Origin: an uncultured Actinomycetes bacterium | GTDB lineage: Bacteria > Actinomycetota > UBA4738 > HRBIN12 | Assembly (NCBI GenBank): GCA_963728735.1 | Contig: CAVSLX010000019.1 | Location: 12,613 to 76,612, forward strand | Length of the DNA: 64,000 nucleotides | Direction: 5' to 3' | In this document: piece by piece, positions 43,310 through 53,823 of the stretch | How positions within the stretch are numbered: the first letter of the stretch is position 1 | Layout of the letters: each line of letters starts with the position of its first letter | Made by a program: the position numbers and the translations under genes | The notes under the pieces: model-generated | What the model saw: only the letters and a program-made list of their open reading frames with translations | What the model was told of the DNA's origin: nothing | Databases searched by the model: none

Positions 43310-44708
43310 TCAGGCGCGCTCGGGCAGCGGCACGCCGAGCACCAGGGCGTACCGCGCGTAGCCCTGGATCCCGCAGCGAGGCCGAACGCGCCGAGCGCCA
43401 CGATCTCGGCACCCTCGGACCGCGACGAGGATCGCGGCGTCCGGAGCCGCTGCGCAGGAACGCCTCCGGCACGGCGACGGCAGCTCCGGCCGGGACGGCG
43501 ACCCGCTCCTGGTCCCCCGGCGCTCGGCGTCGCCGCCGGGCAGGTGAGCGAGCGTGACGGAGGCGTCGCGGGAGCCGGGGTTCACGAGGACGACCGCCGG
43601 GAACGACGGATCGGCCAGGACGGTCGAGGGCACGAGCCAGGCGCTGGCGGACGTCGAGCCCCCGGCCGTCGCGCCGGCATCGATGCTGCCGAGCCTTCGG
43701 CGCGGAGCGCTGCCGCCACCATGGCCTCGCCGCGCACGCTCGAGCGCGACGCCGGAGGGACCACCGCGATGGAGACGCGGGTACGCGTGCGGCGGCGGGC
43801 CGGGGTGCTCGCCGTCGCTCAGCCCGCCGGCGTCCTGCGGCGGCTCCCGGGAGAGGAGGGTGGCCTCGAACCGAGCTTCGGCCTCGGTGGGAACGCCGAT
43901 CGACAGCGTGGTGGGCCCCGCTCCGCCCGCGACCGGGAGCTCGAGCCGCGGGCGACGTCGACGAGGAGGCGATCGCGCTGCGGATGCCCGCCGGCCTTCG
44001 GCGTGACGACCGAGGCGACGGCGACGCGGCCGACCTGCGCCGCCACGTCGGCCAGGAGCGCCTCCTCGCCCTCGGCTGCGGGGTTCACGGGCAGCGCCAC
44101 GCTGCGGCGCGGCCCGATCGCGAAGATCGGTCCACGGCGTGCGGACGGGTCGGCGGTCGGTCCGCGGAGTACAGGGCGACGTCGACGACCGCGTCGATGG
44201 CGAAGGGATTCGTGACGACAAGGAAGGCGAGGTCGCCTTGCGGCGTCCCGGGATCGACCGCGAACCAGCGCCGTCGCCGCCGCCGGCGGGACAGGGCTCC
44301 GCGCCGAGGCCCGGCGGGTCCTCCGACGCGATGAGCCACGCGGCGCCGACCCAGCCGCCGAAGGCGTCGACGAGGGTGGCTCGCGCCGTCGTCCGTCGCC
44401 GGGACGTCCTGGACGAACTGCCGTGACGCCGGCGCACCGTCGCCTCGACGGCTCGGCGGCCTTCCGCGTGCGCCGAGGGTCGAGTGATGCGCACGTCGAC
44501 CTCGGTCCGGCCGGGGTTCATGACGACGATCGAGCCCGTCGATGCCCGTCGTTCCCGCCGTGCGGGCAGATCCAGGCGTCGACGACGCGAGGGTCGGTTC
44601 GGGAGCGGCCGCGGGCGTCGCGCGTCCGACCTCGTCCGCCACGGCCGCGGCCAGGGCGACCGCCGCGACGAACGCGAGCGCCAGCGGCGCCTGGGCGCGG
44701 AACCTCAT
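43310..44708 (-). pseudogene. secreted protein partner of the large GT2 (possibly DUF5719-like), many frame switches
   Basis: Signal-like MRFRAQAPLALAFVAAVALAAAVA. Fragments DLAFLVVTNPFAIDAVVDVALYSAD, FPAVVLVNPGSRDASVTLAHLPGG. The ATG overlaps the upstream stop (ATGA). The family call is from memory only. Confidence 0.35.
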
Positions 44709-47700
44709 CGGGCCACCGGCTTCCGCGTGATCCAGAGCGCCGCCGCCCACAGCGCCGCGAGGACGATCATCGCGACCGTCCGCGGGAACTGGCTCCCGTA
44801 GCGGACGCGGACGTCGGCCGGGGCGTCCTCGAACGCCGTCGCCCAGCCGAACGATCGGATCGGCGAGCCCAGTCGCATGCCGTCGAGCTCCCACGCCTCG
44901 TCGAACTCCGTCGACAGCGCCACGAGCGGGCGCCTCCGCGGACCCGTCCCAGCCGCCGTCGACGCGGTCGAGCGCATCGCCCCGCGGGGTCTCGGAGCCG
45001 CTGGACACGTGGCGCGATCGTCGCTCCGAGACGGCCTCCGCGAACGAACCGTCGTCGGGTCGGAGCGTCGCCGCGATCGGGAGGGCCGAGGCGTTGCGGA
45101 AGATCACGAGGCCCGAAGCCGGGACGCGGTCGAGGTCCGTCTGCTCGGCGAGACGCTCCGCCGCGGCGGGCTCGGAAGGTCGCCCTCGTCGGCGACCACG
45201 TAGCGCACGCCGAAGGGCGCGAGCAGCGCGCCGCCGTGCGTCGTGCCGCTCGGCGAGCAGCTCGCCGAGCGAGGACCAGAGCGCGTCCGCGCCGGGTCCC
45301 GCCAGCGGACGCGCGGTGTCGAGCGCCGAGGTTCCGGAGCGGTCGGTGAGCCCGAAGCGCAGCGTCGCGTCACCGGCCTCGACGATCGCCTTCGGGTCGC
45401 CGCCCGGTGGTGGGAACGCCTCGCCCGCGCGGCCCACCGATCCAGAGCACCCGGAACGACCCCTCGTTCCGCGCCGTCGATGACCGCCCACGCCGCCGGG
45501 ATCCGGTCCACGGCCCCGTCGGCGCGCCGGCCGGTCATCGCCGCGATCGGATTGCACGGAGATCCCGGCCGACCAGCACGGCCGTGAGCAGCGCCGTCCC
45601 GACCTGGCGGAACCCGAACGACTCCCGGCCGAGCCTCCGACCGCCGACGAGAGCCCGTAGGCGATCAGCAACGCTTCGCCGACGGCGGCGAGCGCCGGCG
45701 TACGCCGGCGCGTTCGCGAGCGGCGGCGGAGCCAGCCGGCGGCCGACGAGCCACGCGAACGCGAGGCCGAGCGCCGCCGCCATCGCCGCCCGCCAGGCGG
45801 GCGCCCGGAACGGCGTCCGGACGAGGGCGAGCGACGAGGACCGCCCCGACCGGCAGGAACCACGCCCCGACCCAGGTGCCGGGACCACCTCCGATGGCCA
45901 AACGCCCGAGCGCGAGGGGGTCGGCTCGTGCCGATCGTCGTGCCGAGCGCCGCGCCGCCGTCGGCGACGAGCGTCGGTACGAACGTGAACAAGAGGATGG
46001 CGGCGCCGGCGAGCGCGAGCGCCCACGGTGGCGATCCCTCGGCCCCGACGGCGGCCCGCGACGAGCTCGAGCGCGACGACGAGGCCGATCGCGAAGGACG
46101 ACGCCTGGGTAGAACGCGATGCCGACGGCGAGCGTGACCGCCAGACCCGCCGCGAGCCGGCGCGCCCCGTCGCTCGGCTCGTCGCGCGCGAACGCGACCT
46201 CGAGCCGCTCGACGAGCGGCGGCAGGACGACGAGGACGGCGAGGAGGGCCAGATCCGACCATCGGACGAGGCCCACGCCATCAGCCCCGACACAGCCGTA
46301 GGCGACCGCGGCGACGACCGAGGGACCGGGGCGGCCCGTGCGCCGCGCCGCCGAGCGATACATCAGCACCGCCGCGAGCACCGGCGCCGCCCCGAGCAGC
46401 ACCTTCTCGGCGATCGCCGTGCTGCCGAAGGCGACGGTCGAGATCGCGCCGAGAAGGGCGAGCGCCGGACTCGCGGCGAGGGAACCACCGAGGCCGGTCG
46501 AGCGGTAGCCGGCCACGAGCTCCGTGAGGAACGCCCCCGGCACCGGCGGGAACATCGTCAGCGACCCGCCGGCGAGCGGTTCGGTCCCGAGGAGCTCCCG
46601 TCCCGCGATGATCGCGACCACGATCCCGAGGAACGTCGTGACCATCACCGGATGCGCCGCGACGAGCGACACCGTCCGGTCGCGGAGCCTGGGTGGCGCG
46701 GCGCCTTCTTCGTCGATCCCTCGCTGCTCCTCGAGGATCCGCTCGGCGGTCTGGAACCAGCGAGGCAGGCGCAGGCCCGCGGATTCGGTGAAGCGGCGGA
46801 GCGCCCGATCCCGCACCCTACGGGCCTTCTGCACGCGGCGACGCCGCGACCACGTGCCGGGCAGGTGCGCGACGTTCCACCCGAGGGCCTGGAACACGTC
46901 GAATGCCTCCTCGAACCGCCTGGACAGCGCGAGGTACACGAGCCGGACCGAGGGTCAGCGCCACGCCGATCGGCGAGGACCTTGACGAGCGACCATCCCG
47001 AGTAGTTCTTCAGCACGGTGGCGAGCGCCGCGCGATCTTCGTCGTAGCGACGGCTCCGGCCGCCGCCGGTCTCGTGCTCGCCGGCGGCGCGGTGACGCGA
47101 CGCGCGCGAGCGGCGTCATCAGGACGCGCCAGCCCGCCACGCGGACGCGCCAGCACAGGTCGAGATCGGTGTGGTCGTCGCCGAGGCGCTCGTCGAACAA
47201 GCCGAACCTGCTGCCAGGCGTCGCGCGCGATGAGCATCGCGCATCCGTCGACGGTGAGGACCTCGAGCACCCGGTCGAACTGTCCCTGGTCGAGCTCGTC
47301 GGGTTGGAGCGAGGAGAACGGATGACCGAAGCGGTCGGCGCTCCTTCCGACGTCGCGGAGCACTCGGGGGCGATCCCAGTCGACGATCTTCGCGCCGACG
47401 ATCCCGACGTGCTCGACGCCGGGGATCATCGTGGCTTCGACGAGCCGCGTGACGGCGTCGGGATCGAGCGCCACGTCGTCGTGCAGCAGCAAGAAGATGG
47501 TCGGCTTCGATCGCGACCGGCGGCGACAAGCGCCTCGGCGACCGAGCGAGCGAAGCCCACGCGCCGGTCGCGGCGGACCACGCGTCCGTCGCCCAATGAC
47601 TGCACGAGCACCTCGTGGGAGCCGTCGCCGACCCGTCGTCGACGCGAGGACGCCAGGCGCGGATAGGTCTGGCCGGCGAGCGAGGCGAGGCACTCGCGGA

Positions 47701-47803
47701 GCGCCGCCTCGGCGTCGCGGACCACGAGGACGGCGAGGACCGTGGGAAGCCGACGCGGTGCGGCGACGGCGGCGGTGTCGGAGTCGGAAGCCGTGGCGGT
47801 CAT
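44705..47803 (-). pseudogene. large membrane-bound family-2 glycosyltransferase (N-terminal GT2 domain, polytopic C-terminus), many frame switches
   Basis: LPTVLAVLVVRDAEAALRECLASLAGQTYPRL, LLLHDDVALDPDAVTRLVE, GIVGAKIVDWD, FDERLGDDHTDLDLCWRVRVAGWRVLMTP, then long hydrophobic fragments (ORFs 45665..46939, 45535..46293, 44705..44977). Confidence 0.6.
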
Positions 47804-48387
47804 ACGTCACACGACGTCGCGCCGCGCGGCGGCGAGCGTAGCAGCCGCGCGCGGGCGGCCCGGGAAACGGAGGGGGCCCCGCAAGGGCCCCCTCCGGACC
47901 GCCGCGTCGCGGATCGGCGTTGGCGTGCTCTGCGCCGCGCCGGCGGTCTTCCGACGCGACGTCGGCCTTCTTGGCGGCCGTCTTGCGGCGCGCCGGCGAC
48001 TTGCGGGCCGCCGTCTTCTTCCGCGCCGTGGTGTTCTTGCGAGCGGCGGACTTCTTCGCCGCGCTCTTCTTGCGCGCCGGCGACTTGCGGGCGGCCGATC
48101 TTCTTCCGGGCGGTGCTCTTGCGCGCGCCGGTCTTCTTGCGCGCGGCGTCTTCTTGCGCGCCGGCCTTCGAGCCGACGTCTTCTTGCGCGGACCGGCCTG
48201 TCTTCTTGCGGCCGGCGACTTCTTGGCGAGCCGGCGACTTCCTCGCGGCGGTCGACTTCCTCGCCGCCGTCTTCCGCCTGGCGGCGGGCCTCCGGGCCGA
48301 GGACTTCTTGGCGGCGGTCTTCTTGCGTGCCGCTGGCTTTCTGGCCGACGACTTCTTGCGCGCGGCCGTCTTCCTGGCTGCAGCCAT
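47800..48387 (-). pseudogene. Lys/Ala/Arg-rich histone-H1-like repetitive protein, frame uncertain
   Basis: MAAARKTAARKKSSARKPAARKKTAAKK... with AARK/AAKK repeats readable in two frames. ATG at 48387 follows GGGAAGAGGGAAAGGGGG. The stop in one frame overlaps the ATG of the next gene (ATGA). Confidence 0.5.
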
Positions 48388-48511
48388 GCTGCCCCCTTTC
48401 CCTCTTCCCTCGGCCGCGGGTCGTCGGCCGCCCTGCGGGTCTCGCCGGGAAGATCGCACTCCGACGCCATCTCGCGCGGGCGTCTCCTGCGGCGCCTCGA
48501 TCGGGCGTCTC

Positions 48512-48739
48512 CTACGACGCCATGCGCTTCAGGCGCCGGCGCTCCCGTTCGCTCATGCCGCCCCACACCCCGTAGCGCTCATCGCGACGGAGCGCGTAGT
48601 TGAGGCATTCGATGCGGACGGGACACTCGCTGCAGATCTTCTTGGCCTCCCTCGATGAGCCTCCCTTCTCGGGGAAGAAGATCTCCGGATCATGATCGCG
48701 ACACCGTGCTCGCTCTTGCCAAGGGATGTAATGGTGCAC
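48512..48739 (-). CDS. whiB: WhiB-family transcriptional regulator (Fe-S)
   Basis: Four Cys (C13...CSECPVRIEC) plus GVWGG turn and basic tail. GTG start follows GGGGGGAGA. Confidence 0.9.
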   Translation of the reverse strand: MHHYIPWQERARCRDHDPEIFFPEKGGSSREAKKICSECPVRIECLNYALRRDERYGVWGGMSERERRRLKRMAS

Positions 48740-48755
48740 GCTCGTCTCCCCCCGA

Positions 48756-48773
48756 AATCACATCCGTGTGATT
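48756..48773. promoter_or_regulatory. inverted repeat AATCACA-TCCG-TGTGATT immediately upstream of the whiB RBS
   Basis: Read directly. 16 nt separate it from the GTG. Shares the 9-mer GAAATCACA with the palindrome at 41995-42010. Confidence 0.4.
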
Positions 48774-48942
48774 CTGAGGGAAGAACCACCTCGGTGACAA
48801 GAGGCACACCGAAGAAGATTCTCTGCCTCATCCCTCGTGCTATTTCACCGATCTGCTGTACGCGCAATCGTGTCGTGCGTTCGCGCAGGTTGCAAGACGT
48901 TTCGGCCGATTTTCTGATGGTCAATCGGGTTGACCGGATCGG

Positions 48943-51478
48943 TCAAGCCGAATTGACGATCTCACGAGGGCTTCTTCGAGCGGTTTCGGAGCGCGAACGT
49001 CTCGGAACGGCGATCTGGTCGTACGTCGTGCTCCGAACGACGGGCACCCGACCGATCGCGCGGATCGCGTCGTCGAAGCGATCGGGCGTCATCGCGATGC
49101 CCCAATCGGCACCGGCCATGCGGCTGATCGTCTCCTCCATCAGGGTGCCGCCGAAGTCGTTCGCGCCCGCTTGCAGGATGCGCTGACACGCGTCGACGCC
49201 GAGCTTCACCCACGAGACCTGGACGTTCGGGACGAGCCCGTCGAGCAGGATGCGCGCGACGGCGTGCATCCGCACGCTGTCGTCGGCCGAGGGTCCGGGG
49301 CGCGCCTTGCCGGCGAGGTAGATCGGCGCGTTGCGGTACACGAACGGCAACGGCACGAACTCGGTGAAGCCGCCGGTATCGGCCTGGATGCGGCCGAGGC
49401 GGCGGAGGTGAGCGACCCAGTGAGGCGGCGCATCGACGTGACCGAACATGATCGTGGAGCTCGAACGGATGCCGAGATCGTGTGCGATGCGGACGATCTG
49501 CTCCCAGGTGTCGGCCGGCAGCTTGCCCTTCGTCAGGAGCCACCGAACGTCGTCGTCGAGGATCTCCGCGGCGGTCCCCGGGATCGTGTCGAGCCCGTGC
49601 GCCTTCGCTTCGGTGAGGAACTCCCGGAACGACACGCCGAGCTTCGTCGCACCGTTCAGGATCTCCATCGGGCTGTACGCGTGCACGTGGATCTGCGGCA
49701 CGCGCGCCTTCACGGCGTCGAGGAGGTCGAAGTAGAAGGTCGCGCGGCAGATCCGGGTGGATGCCTCCCTGCACGCAGACCTCGGACGCACCCTCGCGCC
49801 ACGCCTCCTCGGCCCGATCGGCGACCTCCGCGAGCGTGAGGGTGTAGGACTCCGGGTCGACCTCTCGTTGCGCGAACGCGCAGAAGCGGCAGCCGACGTA
49901 GCACACGTTCGTGAAGTTGATGTTCCGGTTGATCACGTAGGTCACGGCCGGGCCGACCGCCTCGGCACGCAGGTCGTCGGCCACCCGGCAGAGCGCCTCG
50001 AGCGCGGCGCCGTCGGCCTCGAACAGCGCGAGGGCGTGCCCGTCGGTGAGCGGACGGTGGTGCGCGGCTCGTCGCAGGGCCGTATGGATCTCGGCGTCGA
50101 GCCGTTCGGGCATCCGATCACGCGTCGCCCAGGCCCGGGTGACCTCGTTGTCCGGCGCACCGAGGTCACCGCCGTAGACCGGCTCGGCGTCGGCGCGGAG
50201 TCCCGTGCCCTCGCCTTTGGCGAAGGTGAGCGCGATCGTCCGTGGCTTGTAGGTGATCTCGGGGTCCTGCCAGGCCACCGGACGGGCATGCTGCCCCTCG
50301 ACCGCGAGCCCATCGGAGCCGAGCAGGGCCTCCACGGGGGCACGCATCTTGCCGGCGACCCACGGATCGGGCTCACCCGCGTACCGCGGGTAGATCGCGA
50401 GCCGTTCACGGAAGGTCTTGCCCCGGGCGGCGGTCGTGGCGGCGAGCGCCTCGATCGCTGGCCACGGGCGCTCCGGGTTGACGTGATCCGGCGTCACCGG
50501 CGACACCCCACCCCAGTCGTTGATCCCGGCGTCCAGCAGCCGCAGCCGCTGCGAAGGATCGGACAGGTTCGGCGGCGCCTGCACGCTCACGTGGGGGCCG
50601 AGGACGATCCGGGCGGTCGCGACGGTCGCGAGGAACGCCTCGTCGCCGGGCTCGGGCGCCCCCTGCATCGCCGTGCCCCGCTTCGCGCGGAAGTTCTGCA
50701 CGATCACCTCTTGGACGTGCCGGAACCGCCGGTGCAGGTCGCGGATCGCGAACAGCGACTCGGCGCGCTCCCGCTCGGTCTCTCCGATCCCCACGAGGAC
50801 ACCCGTCGTGAACGGGATCGCGAGGCGGCCGGCGTCTTCGATCGTGCGCAGGCGCACCGCCGGCAGCTTGTCGGGCGAGTTGAAGTGCGGTCCTCCGCGC
50901 ATCGACAGGCGCCGGCTGGAGGTCTCGAGCATGATGCCCATCGATGCGCTCACGTGCTTGAGCCGGGCGAGCTCCTCGTACGACATCACGCCCGGGTTCA
51001 GATGCGGCAGCAGCCCCGTCTCCTCGAGCACGCGGATCGCTACCGCGCGCAGGTACTCGAGGGTGGACGTGAACCCGCGCTCGGCGAGCCAGTCCCGCGC
51101 TTCGGGGTACCGATCCTCGGGTCGGTCGCCGAGGGTGAACAGCGCTTCCTTGCAACCCGCGTCGCGGCCCCGCTCGGCGATCGCCACGACCTCGTCGGGC
51201 GTGAGGTACGGATGGTCGAGCTTGGCCGGCGGCTTCGCGAAGGTGCAATAGTGACAGTGGTCGCGGCAGAGCATCGTGAGCGGCACGAACACCTTGCGCG
51301 AATACGTCACGGTGTCGCCCCATCCGAGATCGCGCAGCCGCGCCGCCACCTCGCTCATCCGAACGAGGTCGTCGCCGCGAGCGGCGAGGAGCGACCCTGC
51401 CTCGTCCAGGCTCAACGCCTTGCCCTGTTCGGCGCGCGCGAGGGCCCGGCGGATGGTGTGCGCCGTCCCCCCGGCCAT
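48943..51478 (-). pseudogene. fbiC: FO synthase FbiC (fused CofG and CofH radical-SAM domains), one frameshift near 49770
   Basis: CRDHCHYCTF and [10 protein letters not shown] radical-SAM clusters. The frame changes at ...[11 protein letters not shown] / [13 protein letters not shown] and continues in ORF 48943..49791. Confidence 0.85.
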
Positions 51479-51485
51479 GCGGGCG

Positions 51486-51498
51486 AGCCTACTACGCT
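51486..51498. promoter_or_regulatory. back-to-back TANNNT boxes (TAGGCT for fbiC, TACGCT for fbiA) in a 29-bp divergent spacer
   Basis: The boxes end 7 nt and 9 nt from the respective ATGs. Neither gene has an SD sequence. Confidence 0.4.
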
Positions 51499-51507
51499 GT
51501 TCCGTGG

Positions 51508-52471
51508 ATGAAGCAGCCGACGCGCGTCGTCGCGCTCGCCGGTGGGATCGGCGCGGGGAAGTTCCTGCGCGGTGTCGCGCGCGTGGTGCCGGGACCCGGC
51601 CTCACGGCGATCGTGAACGTGGCCGACGACGTCGTCGTGCACGGCCTTCACGTCTCGCCCGATCCCGACTCGGTCGTCTATTGGCTCGGCGACGTGTTCG
51701 ACCGAGATCGCGGATGGGGCAGGCGAGATGAGACGTTCCGCGCGACCGACGAGCTCCGCGCGTTCGGCGCCGACGACGCATGGTTCGGACTGGGCGACCT
51801 GGATCTCGCCACCCACGTGTTCCGCACCGACCGGTTGGCTCGCGGCGCGCCGCTGTCGGCGGTCACCGCGCGGGTCGCCGCGCGCTTCGGCGTCGGCGCG
51901 ACGGATCCTGCCCGTCACCGACGACCGGGTCGAGACGCGGATCGACTGCGTCGACGCCAACGACGGATCGCCGCTCGATCTGCATTTCCAGGAGTACTGG
52001 GTCAGGCGCCGAGCGGTCGATCCGGTCAAGGGGGTCCGCTACGAAGGCGCGGACCGAGCCCGCCCGGCGCCCGGGGTGCTCGAGGCGATCGCCGACGCCG
52101 AGGTCGTGCTGATCTGCCCGTCGAACCCCGTCGTGTCGATCGGGCCGATCCTCGCGGTGCCCGGCGTGCGGGACGCCGTCATCGCTCGGCGCGACCGGAC
52201 GGTCGGCGTGAGCGGGATCGTCGGCGGGGCGCCGGTCGCCGGCATGGCCGACAAGCTGATGCCGGCGGTCGGCATCGAGGTGAGCGCCGCGGGGGTCGCC
52301 GCGCACTACGAGGAGGAGCTGCTGTCGGCCTGGCTGGTCGATGACGCCGACCGCCACCTCCTGCCGGTGATCGAGGCGCTCGGCATCCGGGCCGCAGCGA
52401 CGGACACCATCATGGGCGACGACGTGCGCGCCGAGGCCGTCGCTCGCGCGGCGTTGGAACTGCTCGGGTGA
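51508..52471 (+). pseudogene. fbiA: 2-phospho-L-lactate transferase FbiA/CofD, one frameshift near 51900
   Basis: VVALAGGIGAGKFLRG, WFGLGDLDLATH, then in the second frame ILPVTDDRVETRI..., LICPSNPVVSIGPIL. Confidence 0.85.
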
Positions 52472-53820
52472 CGGTCGAGCTGCTCCCCGTCGAGGGGTTG
52501 CCGGAGGTTCGGGCAGGCGACGACCTGGCCACGCTGCTGATGCCGGCCCTCCAGGCGATGGGGCCCCGCGAGGCCGACGTCGTCGTCGTCACCCAGAAGG
52601 TCGTCTCGAAGGCCGAGGGACGCGTCGTGCCCGATCACGACCGTGCCGCCGCGGTGGCCTCCGAGACGGCCCGGGTCGTGGCCCGGCGCGGCGACCTCGT
52701 GATCGCCGAGACGCGCCACGGCTTCGTCTGCGCGAACGCCGGCGTCGACGCCTCGAACGTCGAGCCCGGCTTCCTCGCCCTACTCCCCGACGATCCGGAC
52801 GGGTCGGCGGAACGGCTGCGCGCGGCGCTCGCCGCGGGCCTCGGCCTCGAGCGCCTCGGGGTCGTGATCACCGACACCTTCGGACGGGCGTGGCGCGAGG
52901 GGCTCGTGAACGTGGCGATCGGGGTGGCCGGCATGCCCGCGCTCGTCGACCTCCGGGGCGCTCGCGACACGCACGGCCGCGTCCTCGAGGCGACCGTGGT
53001 CGCCCTCGCCGACGAGGTCGCCGCCGCGAGCGGGCTCGTGACCGGCAAAGCCGACGGCGTGCCCGCGGCGGTGGTGCGCGGCCTGGCGTCGACGCGTTCG
53101 GGCAGGACCGCCGCACCGGCCGCAGACACGGACGGGCGCGGCCGAAGCGGGTCCCCTGCGCGACGGGGGGGCGGCGCCGATCTCGTGCGCGGGGCGGCCG
53201 ACGATCTCTTCAGGGAGTCACCGCTGCAGGCCCTGCACGCGAGGCGCACGATCCGGTCGTTCGGGCCCGGCGAGGTCTCCCTCGGCGCGGTCGAGGACGC
53301 GGTGGCCGCAGCGGTCACCGCCCCCGCGCCGCATCACACCCGCCCGTGGCGCTTCACCGTGCTCACGAGCGCCGCCGCTCGTCGCGCGCTGCTCGCCGCG
53401 ATGGCCGAGGCGTGGCGAGCCGATCTGCGCCGCGACGGCACCGACGACGACGTGATCGCACGTCGGATCGCCAAGAGCGACGCGGTGCTCGGCGAAGCGC
53501 CCGTCCTGATCGTTCCGTGGGTGTCCTTCGAGGGGTCCCATCACTACCCCGACGAGGAGCGCGCGGCAGCGGAGCGCACGATGTTCCTCTTGTCCGGCGG
53601 CGCGGCGATCCAGACGCTGCTGCTCGGCTTGCATGCCGGGCGGGTCGCCTCGTGCTGGATCTCCTCGACCCTGTTCTGCCAGGAGGAGACCCGGGCCGCC
53701 CTGGGCGTGGACGAACGATGGACGGCGCTCGGGGCCGTCGCGTGCGGACCGATGCCGGAGGGCGGAGCCCCGCGGCCCCGCCCCCCGATCGATCGCTCGA
53801 CGTTCTTCAACGTCCGCTGA
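52468..53820 (+). CDS. fbiB: bifunctional F420 gamma-glutamyl ligase / dehydro-F420 reductase FbiB (CofE plus nitroreductase-like domain)
   Basis: VVVTQKVVSKAEGR, CANAGVDASN, GVVITDTFGRAWREG, and a C-terminal nitroreductase-like half. The GTG overlaps the fbiA stop (GTGA). Confidence 0.85.
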   Translation: MTVELLPVEGLPEVRAGDDLATLLMPALQAMGPREADVVVVTQKVVSKAEGRVVPDHDRAAAVASETARVVARRGDLVIAETRHGFVCANAGVDASNVEPGFLALLPDDPDGSAERLRAALAAGLGLERLGVVITDTFGRAWREGLVNVAIGVAGMPALVDLRGARDTHGRVLEATVVALADEVAAASGLVTGKADGVPAAVVRGLASTRSGRTAAPAADTDGRGRSGSPARRGGGADLVRGAADDLFRESPLQALHARRTIRSFGPGEVSLGAVEDAVAAAVTAPAPHHTRPWRFTVLTSAAARRALLAAMAEAWRADLRRDGTDDDVIARRIAKSDAVLGEAPVLIVPWVSFEGSHHYPDEERAAAERTMFLLSGGAAIQTLLLGLHAGRVASCWISSTLFCQEETRAALGVDERWTALGAVACGPMPEGGAPRPRPPIDRSTFFNVR

Positions 53821-53823
53821 GCG

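Noticed and set aside
47900-48390. Repetitive DNA (GCGGCC/CTTCTT periodicity) as a non-coding repeat array
   Set aside because: The periodicity reflects codons for an Ala/Lys/Arg-rich protein with a strong RBS and ATG, so it is coding low complexity.
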